Positions 8,701-16,992 of a DNA stretch of 27,659 nucleotides are shown here, one piece after another. The stretch comes from a virus (lineage: Duplodnaviria > Caudoviricetes). A model generated the notes under the pieces. It did not search any database. It had not been told where the DNA came from and was given only the letters and a program-made list of their open reading frames with translations. Numbering within the stretch: position 1 is the first letter of the stretch; each line of letters begins with the position of its first letter. The DNA lies in the IMG/VR virus record IMGVR_UViG_3300029807_000015, positions 1-27,659 of that record; one strand, 5' to 3'. The position numbers were made by a program, and so were the translations under genes.

Positions 8701-9189
8701 ATGCAACCCAATAACTTAAATAATGGTGGTACTATGGCTTTAGCTAAGGCAGGTTTAACTGCTGGAACTACAACCACTTATACCACTACAGCAGCAATAC
8801 CTACTATTCTTGCAGGCGCATATAGTACGGAACTTGCTGCACAAACTAACGCGGCAACGCCAACAACTGACCATACAACCGGGAATGCTTTTAACGCTCT
8901 GGCTAAAAGTGAAGGTTGTGTATTTGTTTATGGTATTATCGCAGCAGGTACTATCGTTGTATCTCAAGGAGCTATTAATTCTTTAGATACTGATGCTAAT
9001 ACCTTTATCATTGATCCTCCATTCCCTTCAATTCCTGATACTATGGCTCCATTTGGTTATGTAATTGTTGAAAATGGGTCAACGGGTTCAGCCTGGACTT
9101 ACGGTGCAGATAATTGGACTGCTACAGGTGTAATTGACACTTATACCGATTGTGCGTTTCTTCCTGACAGACCACAACAAGCAACTTAA
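8701..9189 (+). CDS. Putative capsid decoration/cement protein
   Basis: 162 aa, Thr/Ala/Gly-rich, GAGAGG RBS, directly after the capsid gene and before a GC-rich hairpin. Confidence 0.55.
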   Translation: MQPNNLNNGGTMALAKAGLTAGTTTTYTTTAAIPTILAGAYSTELAAQTNAATPTTDHTTGNAFNALAKSEGCVFVYGIIAAGTIVVSQGAINSLDTDANTFIIDPPFPSIPDTMAPFGYVIVENGSTGSAWTYGADNWTATGVIDTYTDCAFLPDRPQQAT

Positions 9190-9206
9190 ATTTTAACATT
9201 TTATTC

Positions 9207-9233
9207 CTCCCTGCAGTTTATCGCTGCAGGGGG
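9207..9233 (+). terminator. GC-rich stem-loop, probable weak terminator or mRNA 3' stabiliser
   Basis: ctccctgcag / tttatcg / ctgcaggggg just after the capsid and decoration genes. Only TT follows, so there is no canonical U-tract. Confidence 0.55.
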
Positions 9234-9259
9234 TTGAACTCCTAAAGAGGATTGAGAAA

Positions 9260-12200
9260 ATGGCTAAGAATACACAACGAGCACGAAAGCTAATTGTTAC
9301 TGATGAGATAATATTTGGCTCTAATGCGAAAATACGTCAACAGGATGGTAATAACTATATTACTATTGATTTGGCTGACCTAGCTGAATTAGGTGATATC
9401 GTAGATGTTGATGGTAATACGCAAGTTGGTATAGATGCGGGTAATTCAATTACTTTGGCGTCTGGTACTAATAACAGTTCATTCGGCCATAGTGCTGGTA
9501 CAGCTATTACTACTGGTGATAATAATGTGTCATTTGGTGAAGATGCTGGATTAACAATTTCTACAGGTAGTAATAATACTTGTATAGGTACTGGGGCTGC
9601 TGCAACTCTTACAACTACTTCAGATACTACTGCGGTAGGTCAAGATGCTTTAGCACTTAGTACTGCTGCAGGTAATACTGCGGTTGGTGCTCAGGCGCTG
9701 GACGCAAATGTTACCGGGCTTCGTAATGTAGCAGTTGGTGAAGATGCCGGGGGCGCTCAAGCGGGTACAACTGATGATGATAATACCTTTATCGGGTATA
9801 ATTCAGGGCTATTATTAAATGCTTCTGCTTCTGGTGGTAATACTGCTGTTGGTTCTCAGTCCTTAGATGCTGCGGTAACTACAATTGATGCTACAGCAAT
9901 TGGCTTTAATGCTTTAAGTGCAAGTACTGCAGATGGTAACACCGCGTGCGGCGCAGAAGCTTTAGCGGCAAATATTACCGGACTTCGTAATGTAGCAGTT
10001 GGGCTTAATGCAGGTGCAACTCAAGCAGGTACTACTGATGATGATAATACTTGGATCGGTAGTGACGCAGGTAAAGTTGCAGATGCTTCGGCTTCTGGGG
10101 GTAATACCGCTGTAGGTTCTCAGGCTATGGTCGCGTCTACTACTTCTATTGATTGCGTTGCAATTGGTTTTGATGCTTTAGCGGCACAAATTACTGGTAA
10201 TACTAATACGGCGGTTGGCGCAGATGCAATGAAAACTGCGGCTGGTGCGACAGATGATAACTGTGTAGCAGTAGGTTTTGGGGCCTTAGCTTTATTGAAT
10301 GCTTCAGCTTCCGGTGATAATACCGCAATAGGTTCAGGGGCGTTAAAAACCGCCGTTACAACTATTGATGCTACGGCAGTCGGTAAAGATGCGTTGGCAC
10401 TTAGTACTGCAAACGGTAATACTGCGGTTGGTACAAGATGTTTAGACGCAAATGTTACCGGGCTTCGTAATGTAGCAGTTGGTGAAGATGCCGGGGGCGC
10501 TCAAGCGGGCACAACTGATGATGATAATACCTTTATCGGTTTTAATGCAGGTTTGGTAGCAAATGCTTCAGCTTCCGGGGGTAATACCGCCGTTGGTTCA
10601 CGAGCTATGGATGCGTCTACTACAGCAATTGACTGTGTTGCAGTCGGTTTTAATGCATTGGGCGCAAATGTTACTGGTAATTCTAATGTAGCTATTGGTG
10701 CGGATGCTATGCTAACTGCTGCTGGTGCGACAGATGATAATTGTGTAGCAATAGGTTTTAGTGCGTTATCATTATTGAATGCTTCGGCTTCCGGTGGTAA
10801 TGTAGCCGTTGGCGCGCTTTCTATGGACGCAGCAACTACAGCTATTGACTGCGTTGCGGTTGGTTTTAATGCTTTAGGTGCTATTACTACGAGTGCTAAT
10901 AGTACAGCGATTGGTAATGATGCTTTATTACTTAGTACAGCTGCAGATAACACTGCTGTTGGATCAGAGTCATTAGATGCAAACACTAGTGGAACTAACA
11001 ATACCGCAGTAGGCAGAAGTTCTTTAGGTGCTAATATTACAGGTGATAATTGTACAGCACTTGGACATAATGCATTAATACTTAGTACAGCCTCAGATAA
11101 CACAGCAGTCGGATCATTAGCTCTTGATGCTAATACTAGTGGTGCAAATAATACCGCAGTAGGTAAATCTGCTTTAAGTGCCAATGTTACAACATCAAAT
11201 AGCACTGCAGTTGGCTTTAATGCATTAATACTTAGCACCGCCGCAGATAATACTGCTGTAGGTTCAGGGTCTTTAGATGCTAATACTTCAGGATCAAGTA
11301 ATACAGGAATAGGTACAAATGCTTTGAGCGCTGTTGTTACAGGGTCTAATTGTACAGCAATAGGTAAAAATGCTTTATTATTAAATACTGCATCAAATAA
11401 TACTGCAGTCGGATCAGAGGCTTTAGATGCTAATGTTAGTGGTACAGGAAACACCGCAGTAGGTAGAAGTTCTTTAGGACTTAATACAGCAAATGATAAT
11501 ACTGCAGTTGGATCAGGGGCTTTAGATGCAAATACTTCAGGCACTAATAATACGGGAATAGGGGCTAATGCTTTAAGTGGTGTTGTTACAGGTGATAACT
11601 GTACCGCAATTGGTAAAAATGCTTTAGTTCTTAATACTGCATCTGATAATACTGCAGTTGGGTCACTATCACTTGATGCAAATACTTCAGGAGTAGATAA
11701 TACTGGCATTGGCTCCAATGCTTTAGGTGCGAATGTTACAGGTCTTCGTAATACAGCAGTTGGTAATGATGCTCTTTTAGTAGCCGCTGGTACAACAGAT
11801 GACGATAATACTGCAGTTGGTGAGGGTTCACTAAAAGCTGTGAATGCTGGTACAGGAGAGAACACCGCGATTGGTTCATTATCAGGTTCAACTATTACTT
11901 CAGGTAATAATAATACTATGTTAGGTAGAAATACCGGACCTACATTAACTACCGGGTCAAATAATATCTGTATCGGGGCTGATACTGATGTGAGTGCTGC
12001 AGGTAGCTCTAACCAATTTTCAATTGGTAAAGGTGTAGTAAATACCGCAGATAAGGCGATTGTTATTGGGGATGCTTCAGATCATATCCGTAATGACTGG
12101 GGTACTGATGCGACTTGGGATAAAGTTTCTGATGAGCGTATGAAAAATGTAATAGGTAACTCTAGATTAGGATTAAGTTTTCTTAATCAATTAACTCCGA

Positions 12201-12499
12201 TTGTTTATTACAAAAAACCTGTTGAAGAATGGCCTGAAGAATGGGGCATAGATGCGAAAGAGTATCCTACTAATGTAGATGCGCGCATACATGGCTTAAA
12301 AGCTCAGGAAGTAAAAGCTGCATTAGATAAAGAAAATGTAGATGATTTTGCTGGTTGGAAAGTTGATGAAAAAACAGGTCGTCAAAGAATATCTGAGGCA
12401 ATGTTTGTTTATCCGATTATTAATGCTATCAAGGAGCTAGATGTAAAAGCTAAAAGATTGGATAAATTATATAGAGCACTTAATAAAAAACTTAACTAA
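9260..12499 (+). CDS. Fibre/spike 1: NTAVG-type beta-solenoid repeats plus C-terminal intramolecular chaperone (peptidase S74 type)
   Basis: 1079 aa, GAGG RBS, dozens of 16-19-aa NTAxGxxALxxNxxG repeats. SDERMK (Ser codon at 12128), LGLSFLNQLTPIVY, HGLKAQEV and a terminal coiled coil are typical of S74 chaperones. Confidence 0.85.
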   Translation: MAKNTQRARKLIVTDEIIFGSNAKIRQQDGNNYITIDLADLAELGDIVDVDGNTQVGIDAGNSITLASGTNNSSFGHSAGTAITTGDNNVSFGEDAGLTISTGSNNTCIGTGAAATLTTTSDTTAVGQDALALSTAAGNTAVGAQALDANVTGLRNVAVGEDAGGAQAGTTDDDNTFIGYNSGLLLNASASGGNTAVGSQSLDAAVTTIDATAIGFNALSASTADGNTACGAEALAANITGLRNVAVGLNAGATQAGTTDDDNTWIGSDAGKVADASASGGNTAVGSQAMVASTTSIDCVAIGFDALAAQITGNTNTAVGADAMKTAAGATDDNCVAVGFGALALLNASASGDNTAIGSGALKTAVTTIDATAVGKDALALSTANGNTAVGTRCLDANVTGLRNVAVGEDAGGAQAGTTDDDNTFIGFNAGLVANASASGGNTAVGSRAMDASTTAIDCVAVGFNALGANVTGNSNVAIGADAMLTAAGATDDNCVAIGFSALSLLNASASGGNVAVGALSMDAATTAIDCVAVGFNALGAITTSANSTAIGNDALLLSTAADNTAVGSESLDANTSGTNNTAVGRSSLGANITGDNCTALGHNALILSTASDNTAVGSLALDANTSGANNTAVGKSALSANVTTSNSTAVGFNALILSTAADNTAVGSGSLDANTSGSSNTGIGTNALSAVVTGSNCTAIGKNALLLNTASNNTAVGSEALDANVSGTGNTAVGRSSLGLNTANDNTAVGSGALDANTSGTNNTGIGANALSGVVTGDNCTAIGKNALVLNTASDNTAVGSLSLDANTSGVDNTGIGSNALGANVTGLRNTAVGNDALLVAAGTTDDDNTAVGEGSLKAVNAGTGENTAIGSLSGSTITSGNNNTMLGRNTGPTLTTGSNNICIGADTDVSAAGSSNQFSIGKGVVNTADKAIVIGDASDHIRNDWGTDATWDKVSDERMKNVIGNSRLGLSFLNQLTPIVYYKKPVEEWPEEWGIDAKEYPTNVDARIHGLKAQEVKAALDKENVDDFAGWKVDEKTGRQRISEAMFVYPIINAIKELDVKAKRLDKLYRALNKKLN
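9701..10539 (+). repeat. 95-bp direct repeat pair (9701-9795 and 10445-10539)
   Basis: 94 of 95 nt identical (T9766 vs C10510), offset 744 nt. Confidence 0.9.
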
Positions 12500-12513
12500 A
12501 AGGCTAATTTAAT

Positions 12514-12759
12514 ATGAGAAAATCATCTGAAAATTCAAAGGATGAGAAAAAGATCTTGAATGCTAATGCAAAGGCCCTTGAATCAGGGGCCTCTGATCAA
12601 GAGCAAACAGTTACAATGTGCATAATATCTCAAGCCAATTTACAAGCAATTCATGACTGGCTTAATAGCGATAGCATGTTAATGCCACAAAACCAGGTTC
12701 GCTATCAGTTAAGATTGATAAATTCAGCTAAATTAATTGAAGTCGGACTTAAAGAGTAA
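12514..12759 (+). CDS. Hypothetical protein
   Basis: 81-aa ORF filling the gap between fibre 1 and the next gene. Confidence 0.6.
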   Translation: MRKSSENSKDEKKILNANAKALESGASDQEQTVTMCIISQANLQAIHDWLNSDSMLMPQNQVRYQLRLINSAKLIEVGLKE

Positions 12760-12765
12760 ATTATT

Positions 12766-13422
12766 ATGAAAAAAGATAAGATAGATAAACGTACTAATAA
12801 TAATATGACTATGAAATCTCTTGATAAACAAATCAGAGAGAGAAATGAAGTCGTAGATAAAAAATTAGATGATTTATCCATAGATATAGATAAAAAATTT
12901 GCGGCACTTTTAGAATCAAATCAAAAAATTTTTCAGACAATGGCAAAGGGCAAATCTTCAGAAGATATTTATCAACATGCAGATGAGCGTAATGTAAAAT
13001 TTAAAGAAGGAGACTCTAAAGCTGATGCAGAAGTTATAGAAGTTTCATTAACTTCAGTGGATTCAGCGGAATTTAAAGAAAAAGCAGACCAAATGCGTTT
13101 TGACAAAGAAATGGTAGAAATAATGGTTATGCCTTCTCAGGCTGTTTATCCTGACAATACTTTTACTGTAAGTGTTAATGGAACGCCTAAATTAATATTA
13201 AGAGGTAAAAAACAATGGCTGCCTCGTAATTATGTAGAAGTGTTATTGAGAGCTAAAACTTCATCCTATGGTAATATTGAGACTATTAACCCTTATACTG
13301 CTATAAAAGAAATGTCGTATCCTGAAACAAAATCACACAGGTATCCTTTACACATCATAACTGATAAAAATCCTAAAGGTGCCAGATGGCTTGAACGTGT
13401 ATGTAATGATATGAGAGTTTAA
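12766..13422 (+). CDS. Conserved phage hypothetical protein (head-tail region)
   Basis: 218 aa. VSVNG…ILRG…LPRNYVEVLLRAK…YP…DKNPKGARWL pattern recalled from ORFs between capsid and adaptor genes in related podophages. Confidence 0.65.
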   Translation: MKKDKIDKRTNNNMTMKSLDKQIRERNEVVDKKLDDLSIDIDKKFAALLESNQKIFQTMAKGKSSEDIYQHADERNVKFKEGDSKADAEVIEVSLTSVDSAEFKEKADQMRFDKEMVEIMVMPSQAVYPDNTFTVSVNGTPKLILRGKKQWLPRNYVEVLLRAKTSSYGNIETINPYTAIKEMSYPETKSHRYPLHIITDKNPKGARWLERVCNDMRV

Positions 13423-13424
13423 CA

Positions 13425-14150
13425 ATGGCTGATTATTTAACAATATGTCAAGATGTCGCAAGGGAATGCGGTATAGCCGGGGGTGCTGATGCAAGTCCTA
13501 AGCCTACGGCGGTTACCGGACAAATTGGTGAACTTAATCGTGTTGTTAATTGGGTAGCTGATGCGTACACAGAAATACAGGGTGCGCGCGACTGGCGCTG
13601 GCTACATAAAAAATTTACAGTAGATACTGTAGATGGTACTGATGTATATGCTTCTGGTGCCGTGACTGATTCAGATGCTGCAGCAACCATTACACGATTT
13701 AAAGCCTGGCATGTAGATGACCCCATTAATCCACCTAAACAATTTTTAAAATCTTCCGGTACAGGTAGCGAAGTTTTTTTAGCTTTTGTAAAATGGCCTT
13801 ATTTTGAACATTTATATAAAACAGGATCATTACAAGACCAAAAGTCACAACCAATCCATATAACTGTTAACAGAAAAGATGAATTGCAATTAGGGCTGAC
13901 TCCTGATGCGGTTTATACTGTAACAGGGTATTATCTTAGGTCTGCTCAAATATTAGCTGCAAATACTGACACCCCTGAAATGCCGAGTGACTATCACTCA
14001 TTAATTAAATATCAAGCTATGGAATACTATGGTATTTTTGAGTCAGCACCAGAGATAATAGCTAGAGCGCAATTTGGTATGCGTAGGATCATGAACCAAC
14101 TCAAGAGAAATCAGGAAGCTCCTTTCCGCATTGCAGGGTATCTCGCGTGA
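13425..14150 (+). CDS. Head-tail adaptor (tail tubular protein A-like)
   Basis: 241 aa, MADYLTICQDVAREC start, WRWL, PDAVYTV, DTPEMPSDYHSLI motifs. Directly upstream of the nozzle-like gene. Confidence 0.7.
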   Translation: MADYLTICQDVARECGIAGGADASPKPTAVTGQIGELNRVVNWVADAYTEIQGARDWRWLHKKFTVDTVDGTDVYASGAVTDSDAAATITRFKAWHVDDPINPPKQFLKSSGTGSEVFLAFVKWPYFEHLYKTGSLQDQKSQPIHITVNRKDELQLGLTPDAVYTVTGYYLRSAQILAANTDTPEMPSDYHSLIKYQAMEYYGIFESAPEIIARAQFGMRRIMNQLKRNQEAPFRIAGYLA

Positions 14151-16231
14151 CTATACCTCAGTTAGCCCAGCCCAAATTTGATTACATACCTTTTACAGGC
14201 GGTTATGATACTGAATCAAGACCGTGGAATATTGAACCTGGTAAATTAAGGGAAACTCAAAATTATGAGATCGGTATTAATAACCAGGGCTATATTGATA
14301 TTCAAGGTTATGAGATCTTTGACGGCAGGCCAAGTCCGTCTGATAGTGAATATTCCATACTTGATGTTACTATTACAGGGTCTTTTTCTACTGGTGACAC
14401 TATTACTCAATTAGTTTCTGCGGCTACAGCAGTAGTTTTAAATGTTGATACTTCAGGGACCCCTGATTTTTTAGTAATTGCAAGAATAACAGGCACTTTT
14501 GATGCAACTAATGATTTACAAGTTTCTTCGGTAACTGAAGGTACTGCTTCTTCATTAGCTAAAAAAAGTGGCGCAGCTACCGCTAAATTGCATGGTCAAA
14601 ATTTAAATTTAGCTGCTGATGAATTCAGAGGTGATATAGCTGCAGTCCCGGGTTCAGGTGCTATATTAGGTCTGTACCAACTTAATGATGTATGGTATGC
14701 ATTCAGAAATAATACGGGGGGCACTGCAACAGATTTGTATAAATCCTCATCTTCTGGATGGACTAGTGTTGCATTAGGCCGGGAGTTATCATTTACGTCT
14801 GCTGGCACTTATGTCATAGCTGAAGATGATGTTATTACCGGGGCTACTTCTGCTGCAACAGCTACGATAACCAGGGTGGTAATAGAATCGGGGTCTTTTG
14901 CTGCAGGTGATGCGGCGGGAAGACTAATATTTGCTTCACAAACAGGTACTTTTCAGTCTGAAAATTTAGATGTTGGTGCTAATTTAAATGTCGCTACTAT
15001 ATCGGCAGATAGTTCAGCCATAACTTTAAGTGCGAGTGGTCGATATGAAATGGTAAAAGCTAATTTCGGCGGCGATACTGGGACTTTACGTATTTATGGT
15101 TGTGATAGAGTTAATCAAGGCTTTGAATTTGACGGCACTGTATATGTTCCTATTGCTACAGGAATGACAACTGACACACCTAATCATGTTATTGTACATA
15201 AAAATCATTTATTTTTTGCTTTTTCAGGCTCTGCACAACATTCAGGTATAGCTAATCCTTATATTTTTGACCCTATATTTGGGGCCGCTGAATTAGCTGT
15301 TGGTGATACAATAACAGGATTTATGTCTGAACCCGGATCTGAAGATAGCGGCGCTCTTGGTATTTACAGCCGGGATACTATTCATATGTTATACGGCACT
15401 AGTGCGGCAGACTGGAATTTAGTTAAATATAGAAATGAATTAGGTGCTTTTGCGCATTCGATACAGCAGTTTGGTCGTACAATGTATTTAGATGATAGAG
15501 GTATAACAACTTTAAGTACTGTTTTAGCCCATGGTAATTTTCAACAAGCGACTATATCCAGGCATATACAAAGTTTTTTAAATACCAAGAAGACTCTTAT
15601 AAATGCTTCTTGTATAGCAAGAGATAAAAATCAATATAGGGTATTTTTTACAGATAAAACAGGTCTTTATATAACTAGTTATTTAGATGCACAAGGCAAT
15701 GAAGTTGTAGGTATGATGCCGATACTCTTTGTGGATACCGTCGATGCTATTGCGTCTTTGGAAGATAGCACAGGCAAAGAAGAAATTATGTTTGGGTCTT
15801 CAGATGGTAAAGTTTATCAATTGGATAAAGGCACCAGTTTTGATGGTGATAATATCTTAGCCGTTTTAACAACTCATGTTAATTTTGCTAAGTCTATAAG
15901 GTGGAATAAAAAATATTTAGGCATAACAATAGAAGCGAATGGTGACGGATATGCAGAGTTCGTTATGACTACTGAAGTAGGGTATGGGACGGTTGACTTA
16001 CCTCAGCCTTCTTCGCAAACGGAAGTGCTTGATTTTAGTTCAACTATTTGGGATAACTTCACCTGGGATCAGTTTTTTTGGGATGGTGTCACATTAAGTC
16101 CTTCAAACTTGAAATTAGAGGGTAGTGGTGAGAATATATCAATTACTATCAAAAAAGATAGTGATTATTTTGACCCAATTAATTTAACTGGCGCAATGAT
16201 TAGATACGCGCACAGAAGGCAACTAAGATGA
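14147..16231 (+). CDS. Tail nozzle / stabilisation protein (tail tubular protein B-like)
   Basis: 694 aa, GTGA overlap, FTGG start, beta-propeller-like segments (HKNHLFF, GKVYQLDKGTSFDG), aromatic WDNFTWDQFFWD near the C-terminus. Confidence 0.7.
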   Translation: MTIPQLAQPKFDYIPFTGGYDTESRPWNIEPGKLRETQNYEIGINNQGYIDIQGYEIFDGRPSPSDSEYSILDVTITGSFSTGDTITQLVSAATAVVLNVDTSGTPDFLVIARITGTFDATNDLQVSSVTEGTASSLAKKSGAATAKLHGQNLNLAADEFRGDIAAVPGSGAILGLYQLNDVWYAFRNNTGGTATDLYKSSSSGWTSVALGRELSFTSAGTYVIAEDDVITGATSAATATITRVVIESGSFAAGDAAGRLIFASQTGTFQSENLDVGANLNVATISADSSAITLSASGRYEMVKANFGGDTGTLRIYGCDRVNQGFEFDGTVYVPIATGMTTDTPNHVIVHKNHLFFAFSGSAQHSGIANPYIFDPIFGAAELAVGDTITGFMSEPGSEDSGALGIYSRDTIHMLYGTSAADWNLVKYRNELGAFAHSIQQFGRTMYLDDRGITTLSTVLAHGNFQQATISRHIQSFLNTKKTLINASCIARDKNQYRVFFTDKTGLYITSYLDAQGNEVVGMMPILFVDTVDAIASLEDSTGKEEIMFGSSDGKVYQLDKGTSFDGDNILAVLTTHVNFAKSIRWNKKYLGITIEANGDGYAEFVMTTEVGYGTVDLPQPSSQTEVLDFSSTIWDNFTWDQFFWDGVTLSPSNLKLEGSGENISITIKKDSDYFDPINLTGAMIRYAHRRQLR

Positions 16232-16992
16232 AAAGTCTGCAAGAAAGATTTGAAGAAAAAGTTGAACTTATACCTTTTAGTACATGCCACTGGTGGCTAG
16301 GTGCACCAAATAAAAAAGGATGCAGCAGTTTTAGAATTAAAGGTGCGAAGGAAACGGTTCATAGAATTGCGTATAAATTTTATAAAGGCCCTATTCCTGA
16401 TGGTTTATGTGTTTCACAAACTTGTAAAAATCGTTTATGCGTAAATCCTCAACATTTAACATTACGTACTAAAGATGAGGTTAGAAAATCTGGAATCCCA
16501 ACAATACGTAAAAATCATTCAAAAACTTTACAAGAACGGTTTGAAGATAAAATTGAATTAATACCTTTTAGTACTTGTCATTGGTGGATAGGAGTAGAAG
16601 GGGCGAGAGGATATGGGGTGGTTAAAGTACAAGGGGAACAAGTATCTACTCATCGATTTGCCTATGAGTTATATAAAGGTCCTATACCAAAAGATTTGTG
16701 TGTATTACATCATTGTGATAATAAACTTTGTTGCAATCCACAACACTTATTTTTAGGCACTATAGCGGATAATAACAGAGATAAGTGTGAGAAAGATAGA
16801 CAAACAAAAGGTGAAGAAAACGGGGATGCAAAATTAACTACTGAAGAAGTTTTAGAAATACGTTCATTAAGATCAAAAGGTTATACTTGTCAAAGTATAG
16901 GTGACATGTACGATATATGTAGACAACATGTATCTAGCATATGTCGTAAAAAAGCTTGGAAACATTTAAAAAATAAGGTTATTAATCAATGA
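16228..16992 (+). CDS. Free-standing HNH homing endonuclease with duplicated HNH domain and C-terminal HTH-like domain
   Basis: Two 97-aa-offset units CHWW.G…HR.AY..YKGPIP…C.N.LC.NPQHL. The second has VLHHCDN…NNRD. C-terminal KLTTEEVLEIR…IGDMYDICRQHVSSI. ATGA overlaps on both sides. Confidence 0.9.
   Translation: MKSLQERFEEKVELIPFSTCHWWLGAPNKKGCSSFRIKGAKETVHRIAYKFYKGPIPDGLCVSQTCKNRLCVNPQHLTLRTKDEVRKSGIPTIRKNHSKTLQERFEDKIELIPFSTCHWWIGVEGARGYGVVKVQGEQVSTHRFAYELYKGPIPKDLCVLHHCDNKLCCNPQHLFLGTIADNNRDKCEKDRQTKGEENGDAKLTTEEVLEIRSLRSKGYTCQSIGDMYDICRQHVSSICRKKAWKHLKNKVINQ

Noticed and set aside
8660-8703. Frameshift or readthrough extension of the capsid protein (T7 10B-like)
   Set aside because: Tandem TAA TAA stops, no slippery heptamer seen, and the next gene has its own RBS.
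9701-10539. 95-bp repeat pair as a diversity-generating retroelement TR/VR
   Set aside because: The only difference is one synonymous T/C change, both copies are mid-gene and in frame, and there is no reverse transcriptase in the window.
10501-11865. 454-aa minus-strand ORF, and similar ones at 17117-18322
   Set aside because: Antisense shadows of the repetitive fibre genes. They mirror the repeat period and I saw no independent coding signal.
10901-11900. Thr/Asn-rich solenoid as an ice-binding protein
   Set aside because: No regular TxT array is visible, and NTAxG repeats with an S74 chaperone are adequately explained as a phage fibre.
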